From Mobula hypostoma (Eukaryota): a stretch of DNA of 64,000 bases. Shown here in pieces: positions 37,236 through 48,924 of the stretch; the first letter of the stretch is position 1, and every line of letters begins with the position of its first letter. The notes under the pieces were generated by a model. The model saw nothing but the letters and a program-made list of their open reading frames with translations. It was not told where the DNA came from and made no database searches. A program made the position numbers and the translations under genes. The stretch is taken from the NCBI RefSeq assembly GCF_963921235.1, contig NC_086097.1, forward strand, positions 128,900,001-128,964,000. The letters run 5' to 3'.

Positions 37236-38825
37236 CAGGTTTCCCCGCCATGCGAAGGTAGAGCGTTCCTATGAAACGGTTCGTAAGCCGAAATGTCATA
37301 AAGTGAAGAAGCAATTACCATTTATTTATATGGGAAAATTTTGTGAGCATTCGCAGACCCCAAAATAACCGACCAAATCATGCCAAATAACACATAAAAC
37401 CTAAAATAACAGTAACATATAGTAAAAGCAGGAATGGTATGATAAATACACAGCCTATATAAAGTAGAAATACTTCTCTACAACGATTGCCTGAACAGAC
37501 CTCCGTAGCGAAAATCTCACGCAAGCGCTCTCAGCAGAAAATCTCATGCAAGCGCTGTTGGCATAAACGCGCTCTCCAGTAACCTTTAAACTATGAAGCT
37601 GCCAAATCTACCAAATAACACGTAAAAATACACAGTCTATATAAAGTAGAAATAATGTATGTACAGTGTAGTATCACTTACCGGAATTGGGAAAACAGTG
37701 CCGAGCACACTGATGATGGTGTGTTAGACTGAGTCGTCGCAGGCTGGGTGGTGCAGTGGCCCCCACCCTCCAGGCTGCCGACCCCATACATTGCCGCGAA
37801 GAACTCAGCGGTAGCCGGGAGACACACAGCACATCGTTAAGAAAAAAGCCGAAATAAACATGCTAATTAATTAGGTGCTGCCCGGCACGTAAATTTCGGT
37901 GCAGATCAGAGGCGATTGCCGATTGCATCGCCTCTGATCTGGGCCGACAATTACATGCTGGGCAGCACCTAATTAATTAGCATGTTTATTTCGGCTTTTT
38001 TCTTAACGATGTGCTGTGTGCCTCCCGGCTACCGCTGCATTCTTCGCAAATCAGTACAGTATCTGTCCAGGGCCCAGGTGTTGGGGTGGTGGGACATGGG
38101 GGTGTCATCTCATCGTCGATCAGGGCAGGCAGCTCATCTTCTCCTATGACTGCCCACCTCGATGTCGAAGGTCAAGGTTCATCGTCTGCTGTGGCTGATG
38201 TGGAAGGCTTGCCTGACTGCTGAGCCTCGCGCATTTTTCTATCATACAATTGTTTGTAAGCACTCAAACCATCCTGCAAATATCTCCTAAACCTACGTAC
38301 CCTTTCAAAATTAAAGTTGTACTTTATCATTGCAACGAAAATCTCACGCAGTTGCTTCACTTTCTGCACTCGGTTTCGATTGTTATCTTTTCCTCTTCCA
38401 ATTGCATCAGCTCTTCATCTATCAGTTCTTGGTCATGGGATGTGAAAATCTCTTCAACATCATCTTCGTCAGCTTCCACAAGCCAAACTCACTTTGTCCT
38501 TACTTCGTTCACCATGATCGAAACGCTTAATTATGTCTAGTTTTACGCTAAGTGTAACACCCTTACTCTTTCAGGCTTTTCCGACACCTTAGAACTCATC
38601 TTGCTTACGGCTGCTCAACGCAACGTGTTAAAGCAATGCTGTTCCGAATCCGGGGGAGAGTGGCTGCTCGGGGCACGATTTTTTCACGCACTGATTTTTT
38701 ATCACGCGCTGCCTTTCTTCGTAACAGTGAAAACACCTTCTGAAAGCAAAAACAGTGTACTAATGTAGATCTTTTGTAACAGTGAGGTTTCATAAAGCGA
38801 ATGTTCGAAAAGCGGGGGACACCTG
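37236..38825 (-). mobile_element. Tigger/pogo DNA transposon deletion derivative (about 1.6 kb)
   Basis: TA at 37234-5 and 38826-7. Ends CAGGTTTCCCCGC / GCGGGGGACACCTG. On the minus strand the N-terminus MSSKVSEKP..KGVTLSVKLDIIKRFDHGERSKD (CENP-B/psq-like HTH) is joined to C-terminal RRFRRYLQDGLSAYKQLYDRKMREAQQS. Confidence 0.85.
37796..38047. repeat. Long near-perfect palindrome (about 121 bp arms, 10 nt loop)
   Basis: cagcggtagccggga..catcgttaagaaaaaagccgaaataaacatgctaattaattaggtgctgccc..cagatcagaggcgat / atcgcctctgatctg..gggcagcacctaattaattagcatgtttatttcggcttttttcttaacgatg..tcccggctaccgctg. Confidence 0.97.
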
Positions 38826-39514
38826 TATCTGTCCCCAAAAGTTTTTAGACTACTTATGTGAAAAGGTATTTGAAAAAGCTATCATATGTGTGAGGTCACC
38901 CATGTGGCAAAAAAACAGTATAAATGTAAGAAAGCAGTCAAGCTTGTTAGGAATGGTCAAGGAACATCAAGAGAAATAACAGAAAGATGGGGCAAACTTG
39001 AATCCATTCCTCTGCCTTCAACTTCTGCAATGGACAGCTCATTCACCTGCAATTCATTGGTATATCCTTTTAGCTTATAGGAATTGTACCTAAGTTTTGG
39101 AAATCCTTTGTGTTTTAGAAATCATTTGTAATTTGGAAATCTTTTTACAAGACAAAACCCTCTGAGTTTTAAATCTGTTTTTAATCTAAATTTAAATGTG
39201 TATGAATTATGTTTAAACAATTTCGTTAGCTGGAAGTATCTCCTCCTTGGTAAGGAGGGGGCAAAACCATCATTTAAGTAGTGGTTATTGGCTTCTAAAA
39301 TCGCCAAGGAGGATTGAACTAGACTTTGAGGATTGGGTGGTTACATTATAACCTCGCCTTAGTGAGGATACTCACAGCTATCTTTATTGGATAAGGCTTA
39401 AGATCTTTTGAGTTTATATCTTTCCAATCAGCAAACCCAATACAGTAGTAAATAGGATTTGACAATGGCTTTACTGTAGAAACAGAGTAGTAGTAGTATA
39501 TGGTTGCATCTCTG

Positions 39515-40502
39515 ACTAGAGCCTGTGACTTGTGGTGTGCCACGGGAATCTGTGCTGGATCCATTGCTGTTTGTCATCTATATCAACAATCTGGATGATA
39601 ATGTGGTAAACTAGATCAGCAAATTTGAGGATGACAGCAGTATTGGGGGCGTAGTGGACAGTCTGGTCAAAGTTTGCAGTGGAACCTGGAAGAGGTAGGA
39701 AAAAAATGGGCTGGCAGATGGAATTTAATTCAGACAAATGTGAGATGTTGCACTTTGGGAGGACAAATCAGGATAGAACTTACACACTGAATGGTAGGGT
39801 GGTGAGGAGAGTGGTAGAACAAAGAGATCTGGGAATATAGATCCATAATTGCTTGAAAATAACTTCACAGATCAATAGAATCATAAAGAGTGTTTTTGGC
39901 ATATTGGCCTTCATAAATCAAAGTACTGAGTACAGAATTTGGGATGTTATGTTGTAGTTATATAACACATTAAAGAGGCCTAATTTGGTGTATTTTATGC
40001 AGTTCTAGCCATCTATCTATAGGAAAGATATCAATAAGAGTACAGAGAAAAATTGCAAGGATGTTGCTGGGGTTGAGATCCTGAATCATAGCGAAAGGTT
40101 AAGTAGGTTAGGACTTTATTCCCTGGAGTCTAGGAGAATAAGGGGAGATTGATAGAGGTATACAAAATTATGAGGGTATAGATAGGGTAAATGAAAGCAG
40201 ACGTTTTTCCACTGAGGCTCGGTGAGATTAGAATTGGAGGTCATGTGTTAAGGGTGAAAGGTGAAATGTTTAAAGGGAACATGGCAGGGGGGACTTCTTC
40301 ACTCAGAAGGTGGCGAGAGTGTGGAACGAGTGTGGTAGATGCAGGCTCAATTTCAATATTTAAGAGAAATTTGGATACGTACATGGACAGGATAGGTAAG
40401 GAGGGCTATGAACCAGATGCAGGTTGATGCAGAGTAATAATCCAGGCTTGGACTAGATGGGCCGAAGGGCTTGTTTCTATGCGGTGGTGCTCTATGATTC
40501 TA
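39515..40502 (+). mobile_element. CR1 LINE, 5'-truncated
   Basis: PVTCGVPRESVLDPLLFVIYINNLD..SKFEDD; WQMEFNSDKCE; 3' tail. Confidence 0.9.
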
Positions 40503-41009
40503 ACATTACTTAGTAGAATTGTCCGTCAGGTCAAAACTAAAAACAGTGTTTGGTGATAATTAGATAAATGGTTTGTAAATCAAATTGGTCATGTAATTCT
40601 TTCTGGCCACAACTGAACAAATTTTGATGCTGTAACCAAATGAACACATCTTGCTCTATAGATGTGCAAGCACAATCTCTCTAAGAATATCTTCATCAAT
40701 ATACTTTTACCGGTTAACCAGTATTAGTAGATGGGACTATTTGATAACTTCGCTCATTGCTTCTAGGGAGCATTTGTTGGGTGCAAATTAACTACGTTAT
40801 CGCCATGACAATTCAGGAATTGTCTAAGTGCTGGTTCTAAGTGCTTTAGGATGTTATAATTTTTGAAATATATTAGATCAATAAAAATTAATTTAATGCC
40901 AGGCACTGTTTATTAATTAATAAACAAAAGTGTTAAAGAAAAATGATGAAAAAGTAAATATTTTAATACCCTGTTAATCTTTCCACAGATCAGTATAGTG
41001 GTATTTATC

Positions 41010-41300
41010 AGGGGGCATAGTAGTGCAGCTCATAGTTCAATTCTGACCTTGAGTGTGGAGTTTGCATTTGCTTTCTGTGACTGTGTGGGGCTGTGCATGC
41101 TCTAGATTCCTCCCACATCTCAAAGGCAGGCTGAAAGATTGATTGGCTGCTGTAAATTGCCCCTAGTGTGCTGGCGAATGGTAGGCTGGGGAGTGGGTGA
41201 TGGGTTTAATGGGAACGTGAGAACAGTAAAGGTGGGTTAAAATAGGATTATTGTCAATGGGTGCTTGTGTTTAGCATGGACTTGTCGAGCTGAAGGGCCA
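41010..41300 (+). mobile_element. V-SINE
   Basis: gtgtggagtttgcatttgctttctgtgactgtgtggg..ttcctcccacatctcaaag..tgtaaattgccctagtgtg. Confidence 0.75.
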
Positions 41301-41319
41301 ATTTCCAGAAAGGGCCTAT

Positions 41320-41595
41320 GAACTCGCCTCAACTGTTTCCTGTGGCAGAGAATTCCACAGAGTCACCACTTTCTGTGTGAAAAAGTTTTTCCTCATCTCG
41401 GTCCTAAAAGGCTTCCCCTTTATCCTTAAACCGTGACCCCTCGTTCTGGACTTCCTCAACATCAGGAACAATCTTTCTGCATCTAGCCTGTCCAATCTCT
41501 TTAGGATTTTATACGTTTCAATAAGATCCACCCTCAATCTTCTAAATTCCAGAGAGTATAAGCCTAGTCGATCCAGTCTTTCATTATATGAAATT
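41320..41595 (-). mobile_element. CR1 fragment
   Basis: YNERLDRLGLYSLEFRRLRVDLIETYKIL..RTRGH..NFFTQKVVTLWNSLP. Confidence 0.9.
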
Positions 41596-41599
41596 GATA

Positions 41600-44110
41600 T
41601 CAATTCTTCTTGGCCATATCCCCCTCAATCCATGAGGTACTGCCCTTTACCTCTAACAAAGCGAGTGTCCAAAACTCGCCAGATTGTCCCTCAACAATTC
41701 TGGGAGGTGGAATTGCTTGGGAACTGGAGCCAAGGGGCGGACACTCAAAGGCTTGAGGTGGGACACATGGAATGTGGGACAAATCCACACAGTGCTCAAG
41801 AGTAACTGGGTAGATGCATCACAGGATTCTGACTGGACAGATGTAATGGAGGGCCAATTTTCTGGATTCATCTGGGAGCTCTCTAGTTGAGAACCAGGCC
41901 TGCTGACTGGGAAGAAGTGTTTGTCCCTGCCTTCTCCAGCAGTTGGCCTGGTCTTGTTGCTGCCGCCGCGAATTGACCAACAACTTCTCTCTTAACCTAC
42001 TCCTGGTGACATCTCAGTACCAGTTGTTCTGCTGATGGAATCCCCATCTCCACTTCTTGTTCCAGGAACAGTGGAGGATGGTTCCCAAAATGGCGTTCAA
42101 AAGCGGACATCCCAATTGACGAATGTTGAAAGGTGTTGTGTGTCAGCTCTGCCCAGATAAGGTTGCCTCTCCAGGTGGTAGGGGTCCCTGAGGCTAGACA
42201 CGTGTATGTTCTAATCTAGGTCCTGGTTGACCCTCTCTGTTTGCCCATTGGTCTGCAGAAGGAATCCGTACAACAGACTGGCAGAGGCCCCAGTAAGCTC
42301 ACAAAAGGCCTTCTAAAACCTAGAGGCAAACAGGGAGCCATGTTCAGAGACAATGTCGTGGGGGAGACCATGAATCCTGAAGTTGTGTTGTAACATGAGC
42401 CTGGCAGCCATTGAAGCTGACGGTAGTTTGGGAAGCGGTAGACTTGGAGAATTAGTCTACGCCACCATGATTACTGTATTACTCCAAGATGCTGGAAAAC
42501 CTGTAACAAAGTCCATAGAAATGTGGAGCCAATGGTGAGTAGAAATGGGGAGAGGCTGAAGCATACTTTGAAGCTGTGCTCAGGGTTCTTTATTTCGTGT
42601 GCAGATATCACACGCCAAGTCATATTCCCAGACATCTTTAGTCATGCCTGGCTACCAGTAATGCCTCGCGACGAACTCTAGGGTGCAAGCCACCCTGGAT
42701 GCCTAGCCAGGTTTTAAGCGTGTTCCCAGTTGAGCACCTCCAAATGAACAGCTTTGAGAACAAAGTTACATCTGAGAGGACCATTACCCAGGTCTGCCCC
42801 ATTTTACTCTTGGGCTCAGCACATGGGCGCCACCACTCTGGAGCTGAGAATTATAGCTGAAGGGTTCTCTTCCCCATTAGGTGCTTCAAACTGTCAAGAG
42901 AGGACATCTAGTGTTTGATCCTGGGTGCTAAGTAATAAGGAAGTTGAACCTATTAAAGAATACGGACCAAAGTACCTGTCTGGAATTCAGCCTCTTCGCA
43001 TCCTCAATGCAGGCTAGGTTTTTGTGGTGGGTCCATATCACAAATGGATGTTTGGACCATTCCAACCAATGCCTCCACTCCTCCTGTGCTAGTTTAACAG
43101 CCAACAATTCCCAATTCCCGACGTCATAGTTTGACCCCATGGGAAAAAGGCAGAGGGATGCAGTTTGTGGTCCAAGGCATGTCAATGGGCCAAGAAGGAC
43201 CCAACTCCAATGTCCAACGTGTCGATCTCCACCACGAAAGGCAAGTCCGAGTGGAACCGGGATAGGTGTGAATATGAACCTTTGATTTAACTTTGCAAAA
43301 GCCATCCGGCTCCATGGTCCAGCGGAAGGGCTCAGTCAATTTCTTGATGAGGTTGGTGAGCAGCATTGCCACTGAACTAAAATTGTGGTAATTGCCTTCT
43401 GTAAGAGTTGGCAAAAATTAGAAACCATTGGAGTTGTTTCAGAGGTGGGTTGCAGCCAATCCCACACAGCCTGGGTTTTATCGACGTCCATTTGTAGGCG
43501 GTTACTATATGTAAAAGCACAAGGGAAGAGACTAATTACATAGAATTCACCCTTCAAGCTTGACAAATTGTTGATTCTGAAGAAGCCATTGTAAAGCCTG
43601 CTTGATGTGCTGGACACATTCTTGAGTGGTCTGGAAGAAAATGAGTTTATCGTCTTGATAGACAAAGTAGTGTAGCATCTCCTGGAGCACATCATTGATA
43701 AAGGCTTGAAATACCATTGGAGTGTTTGCCAACCCAAAATGCATGACTCAGTATTCATAGTGGCCTGCAAGTGTGTTGAATGTCATTTTCCATTCATCTC
43801 CCTCATAAATGCAGATTCAGTTGTAGGTGCTACAGGGGTTCATTTTGGTAAATATTGAAGCTCCCTTGAGAATCTCAAAGGCCACGTTCATGAGAGTGAG
43901 AGGGTACCAGTTTGATCTTATTTAGCTACCTATAGTCTATGCAAGGCCTTAGTCCACAATCCTTCTTGGTTACAAAGAAAAACCCAGCCCAAAAGGAGAT
44001 GTGGACAGTTGAATAAACCCAGCATCAGAGCTTCTTGGATGTAGTCCTCCATGGCTTTTTCTCTCTGGGACAACAAAATGTAGAGCTATCCCCAAGAGCT
44101 CTTCCAGAAA
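41600..44110 (-). mobile_element. Ty3/Gypsy (sushi-like) LTR retrotransposon internal region: RT, RNase H, integrase; pseudogenised
   Basis: [96 protein letters not shown]. Many stops and frameshifts. Confidence 0.92.
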
Positions 44111-44786
44111 GGAGAGGGCAGCACAAGTTCTTTAAGTACAGACTTTCCATGATGGAATATGGCAGGCAATAATTAACAGTCTGAGTTTTAAAGGGACAGT
44201 GACTGCTAACTATACTCTGGGTTATTGAAGTGCCAAAACTTGGATACCTGCTATTGTTCAGGTGAATCCAGCAGAAATCTCATTACCCAGAAAGTTAGAG
44301 TCATAGAAAAATACAGCATAGAAACAGGCACTTCGGCCCATCTAGTCCATGGTGAACGATTTGAACTGTCTAGTCCTATCCAGCTGCACCCGGACCATAG
44401 CTATCCATACCTCTACTATTCATGCACCCACCCAAACTTCTCTTAAACGTTTAAATCGGAGTCGCACGCACCAATTACACTGGCAGCTCGTCCCACTCCC
44501 TCAAGACTCTCTAGAGTGAAGAAGTTTCCTGTCACATTACTCTTAAACTTTTCACCTTTCACCCTTAACCTTGTCCTTTACAATCCTTCTGCTCCCTGAG
44601 GATTCTCCTTCACCTTGTCTGCTAGGGCAACCTTGAGCCTTCTTGATTTCTTTCTTAAGTATTCTCTTGGATTTTTTATACTCCAGAAGTACCTAATTTG
44701 TTCCTACCTACCTATACTTGCAATGATCTCACTTTTTTCTTAACCAGTGCCTCAATATCTCATGAAAATCAAGGTTCTCTAAACCT

Positions 44787-44928
44787 AAACACGAGGAATT
44801 CTGCAGATGCTGGAAATTCAAGCAACACACATCAAAGTTGCTGGTGAACGCAGCAGGCCAGGCAGCATCTCTAGGAAGAGGTACAGTCGACGTTTCGGGC
44901 CGAGACCTTTCGTCAGGACTTATTAAAC
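44787..44928 (-). mobile_element. 142 bp Penelope-derived insert with 10 bp TSD, inside CR1
   Basis: TSD ctctaaacct at 44777-44786 and 44929-44938; CpGs retained. Confidence 0.9.
44885..44920 (-). ncRNA. Minimal type I hammerhead ribozyme motif
   Basis: AGUC-CUGACGA-A-AGGU-CUCG-GCCC-GAAA-CGUC^GACU. Core CUGANGA and GAAA, stem I AGUC/GACU, palindromic ACGU stem III, GUC cleavage triplet (cut between 44889 and 44888). One mismatch at the base of stem II. Confidence 0.75.
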
Positions 44929-45552
44929 CTCTAAACCTGTTGTCTTTACCTTTTATTCTGAAAGGCACATACAAAATCAGTACTCTCAAAATTTTACTTT
45001 TGAAGTCCTCCCACTTACCAAGTACACCTATGCCAGGAAACAGCCTGTCCGAACCCACACTTGCCAGATCCTTTCTGATACCATCAAAATTGGCTTTTCT
45101 CCAATTTAGAATCTCAACTTGAGGACCAAACCCATCCTTTTCCATATTTACTTTAAAACTAATCACATTATGATCACTAGATGCAAAGTGTTCCCCTACA
45201 CAAACTTCTGTCACCTGCCCTGGCTCATTCCCTAATAGCAGATCAAGTATCGCATGCTCTTTCGTTGGGACTTCTATGTACTGATTAAGGAGACTTTCCT
45301 GAACATATTTGACAAACTCTATGCCATTACATCCTTTTACAGTATGGGAGTCTCAGTTAATATGTGGAAATTTGAAATCACCTACTATACCAACGTTATG
45401 TTTCTTGCAACAGTCTGCAATCTCTCTACAAATTTGTTTCTCCAAATTTGTATGTGTTCGAACATACTGTAGAACCAGCAGAATCCTCTTTACTCAGACA
45501 GTTGTTAGAAAATACCGTAGAACCAGCTCCCAATTGGAATCTTCTTCTAGAA

Positions 45553-45630
45553 TAGGGATTTCCAACCTGGGGTCCATGAACTCTTTGCTTAGAGGGATTT
45601 GTTCATGGCATAAAAAGGTTGGAGCCCCTG
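45553..45630. mobile_element. 78 bp hAT (Charlie-type) MITE
   Basis: 8 bp TSD ttctagaa/ttctagag (45545-52, 45631-38). TIRs tagggatttccaacct / aggttggagcccctg. Confidence 0.8.
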
Positions 45631-47071
45631 TTCTAGAGAAAACACACAATTTTATTCTAATAAGTTTGTTGGCATGTAAGCATTGTTGTCAAGACCAGAA
45701 TTTAGTGTCAGTCCCTCTTTGTCCTTGAGAAGGGAGTGGTGAGCCATCCTCTCTACATCAACCCTATTAAACCTTTTCATTTCACCAAACCATCCCTTGG
45801 CTCTTTCTCCTTTCAGGGCTCTAGTCTCCTTCTCTTCTGTCCCTTTCCACTGTTAGTGTCTCTCATTTATACTTCCTCTTTTCCTCCCTTTTCAGATTTT
45901 CTTAAAGAACTTTTTCTCTGTTTTGTTCATTGCTAAAGCCATCCAAGTAAAGGCATTCCTACAACAATGCTGGGTTGAGAGTAGCAGGATTAAATCCAGA
46001 TGAGATGAAATGCAATGAATCATTTTAAGAGGATAAGTAGAGGAGGGAAAGATAAAATCATTAAGCCTCAAAAATCACCCCAATGCCAAGTGCACCACAT
46101 GGTGGCAGCGGAATGTTTTACCCATTGAGTCAATAAAACAAAGTTTCAGAAGCAATGTAGAGCACATAAGTGTAACTGCCAATTAATGCTTCCAACTAGA
46201 AGTGCGTTTTCCGGGCAATCAAATTAATATAGTGATACAAGTTTCGATCGGAGAAAACCTCCAATAAAGTATAGAGCTCCAAATCAAACTGGTATAAATT
46301 CAACATCAATCTGTCTAATGGGAACAAGACCGCAATGAGGTACAAAAGAAACAGTGAAGGAATAATGTAAAACAGAAGCCACAAAGTACCAGCTTGATTG
46401 GCCAGACAGCTTTTCGGCTCAAAGCAGTGCAAAGCACTTTGACAGACTTCTTCCCCCTCACATGCAAACCCAACCTTCTGTTGAAGTGCAGATTGTAGAA
46501 TTATCAGCGTATGTTGCTGTATTTGTACACAACCCTCCAAGAAGAGTTTTAAACATACGTTGACAGATATTAATGTTTGTGCTAAGTCAAACATACTGCT
46601 ATTCTGTAAATTAATGGTCCACAACCTTTTTGAATGAAAGCTCTGCTTGTTCTTCACTCAGTAAATTATATACCAGATTGCCCATAAACACCAGATTAAG
46701 ACACGGACCAGTTCTTCTTGGAAGTTCTGGGGGAATTGCCCATACTCCTATGGCCAGGTAGCCAGTGTGTAGCTCTATTTATCTTCTATTTTTATGAATT
46801 CCCCAGCTGAAACATCTCAATATTATTAAGATTTAACAGACACTTGAAAGCTGTGGTGATCCGTCCCTGAGAAAGGTTGCTCACTTCAAGACAGGACCCA
46901 CTGGTGTAAATCACAGTAAAATCAAAGTTACTCTCAAGCCTAGATTCCCAACTACAGCTGATACTTTCATTAGCTGGTCTTCCCTTTATCTGTGGGCTAA
47001 GTGAGAGGAAATTAAACACAATAACATACTTCATCCTAAATATCATTAGATTTTAATTTAAATACTCTTAC

Positions 47072-47235
47072 CTTAATAAATGCAAATACAGTATACTGAG
47101 GGAGCAGAGGAAAATCAGAATGTACAAGATGACTGTGATCAGTATGCCAGGGATGCCAGAATGTTGTGTTCTGTAAAAGAGCCAATAAAGCTTGGCTGCG
47201 TCTCCTATTGGACGGGTTGTGCTGTAAGTCAGTCG
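47072..47235 (-). CDS. ofcc1: Internal coding exon (164 bp, phase 0->2) of an OFCC1/ojoplano-like transmembrane protein gene
   Basis: Acceptor gcgtatctttcttttcag|CGA and donor TTAAG|gtaaga on the minus strand. Encodes RLTYSTTRPIGDAAKLYWLFYRTQHSGIPGILITVILYILIFLCSLSILYLHLL, which includes a hydrophobic helix. Phase fits the 32242 exon. Gene name is from recall of the family, not from a search. Confidence 0.8.
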
Positions 47236-48249
47236 CTGAAAAGAAAGATACGCAATCAGAGTTGCACACAATGACTTCTCTCTGTTCCTCTGTTTACAAC
47301 GAGCTCTAGACACATCCACAACACAGCTTAGGTAGTGGGTAATAATCTTGCAGTTTATTTCCTCTCCTTTGTGGTTTTACATGCTGCAGTATTACCCAGC
47401 AAACAGATTTGATTTTAGCAGCATTTTTTCTGGTTGTTACATTGTAAGTTGCTAACTCACCCATTGTCCGAAATGTACTCAACGTGTGAGGAGCTAGTTT
47501 GGGCAGCAAAGTGTTCGGCACCTGCACTTAATCACATGTGTACAAATCAAATAGTCCATTGGTCCATGGGGCTTAAATGAATAGGCCAGGAGGAGTAAAG
47601 TCATACTTGTGCTGTTGATTGGCTGTTTGCCTGATTGGAGGGGAAGAAGTTCTTTGGGAAAACTGATGTTTAATTTATGTTTCACTTGTGAACGTTCTGT
47701 CTCTGATGCCATGTGCATGTGATGCTGCTGCGAGTAAATTTTTCATTGTACCTGTACACACATATATTTGTGCATATGTCAATAAACTCACCTTTGATTT
47801 TGACAAGATCAGGTAACAAGCATTTTGACTTTAAGCAGCACAAAGACTTGATGCTAGAACTATTAAAGACACCTTACTCTTCAAAATTTAAAGGAAAGTT
47901 CAGCATCAAAAATGATAACCAAAAGCCACAGGATTGTTGTTCAAGCCAATGTGACTCACAAAAGTACCCTTTGGAGAAGTAAATCTGCTTGCCTTATCCC
48001 AAAAAGATGATAATTTGATTCCAGACCTATAATCGTTTGCTCATAAACACACTCTGAAATGGTTTGGCAAGCTTCTCCATTGAATAATTACTGTTATACT
48101 GAAATGGAGAAACGATAACTGGCTAGTCCACCAGCAAGCAACCTACTGAATCTTGCAAAGCTCTCACTAAAATCGGAAGACTACTGTCTAAATTCTGGCA
48201 GAGCTGTCTCCACAGATGAGTCACAGCCAGAGGTAAAGCAAAAGCCAAA

Positions 48250-48770
48250 TGACAACAGATGCTGTTCATCTGAAATAAAAACTCAAAATATTAGTTATAA
48301 ACAAGAGAAAATCTGCAAGTGCTGGAAATCCAAAGCAACGCACACAAAATGCTGGAGGAACTCAGCAAGTCAGGCCGCGTCAATGGAAGTGAATAAACAG
48401 TCGACATTTCAAGCTGAGAATATTAGTTATACTCAGGAGGACAGGCAGTATCTGTGAAGAGAGCAAAAGGGTTAATATTTCAAGGCAATAACTGTTGAAA
48501 GATAATCTACCTGAAACATTAACTCTTTTTCCCTTCGCACATGCTGCCTGACCTGTTAAGTGTTTCACAAACAAGAGAAAATCTCCAGATGCTGGAAATC
48601 CAAGCAACACACAGAAAATGCTGGAGGAACTCGGCAGGCCAAGCAGCATCTCTGGAGAAGAATACAGTTGACGTTTAGCAGGGCCTGATGAAGGGTCTCA
48701 GCCCAAAATGTTGTCTGTACTCTTTTCCATAAATACTGCCTGGCCTGCTAAGCATTTTCTATTTTTATAA
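48250..48770. mobile_element. Nested cluster of Penelope 3'-tail copies with a CpG-decayed hammerhead (48681-48716, plus)
   Basis: Younger aaacaagagaaaatctgc.. copies at about 48299 and 48568 lie within older inverted copies. gggcCTGATGAAgggtctcagcccAAAAtgtt. Confidence 0.8.
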
Positions 48771-48924
48771 GTCTAACATGGTCGTCCCTAAAAAAAAATT
48801 GGTAGTATGCAATTGCTTTATTATGGTTATATGTACCAAGGTACACTAAAAACCATTGCATACCATCCAGACCATTCCAAACACAAGTACATTAACGTAG
48901 TACAAGAAAAAAAAATAACAAATC

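Larger units (their letters stand above)
44297..45455 (-). mobile_element. CR1: endonuclease/linker region (44570-45455) joined to a 3' tail (44297-44570)
   Basis: GDF, VGEHFASSDHNVISF, ILNWRKANFDGIRKDL; tail atagaaaaatacagcatagaaacaggcacttcggccca. Confidence 0.85.

Noticed and set aside
37490..37580. Short spaced repeats resembling a CRISPR array
   Set aside because: Eukaryotic context, only 2-3 degenerate units, no unique spacers, no cas genes.
44729..45214. 161 aa ORF reading as a novel fusion protein
   Set aside because: It is CR1 ORF2 sequence running fortuitously through the Penelope-derived insert.
46196..46657. 153 aa minus-strand ORF with a hydrophobic stretch
   Set aside because: Non-ATG start, no recognisable homology, and the flanking real exons splice in phase without it; probably a chance frame.
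47182..47211. Paired CCAAT/ATTGG boxes suggesting a promoter
   Set aside because: They fall inside the 47072-47235 coding exon.
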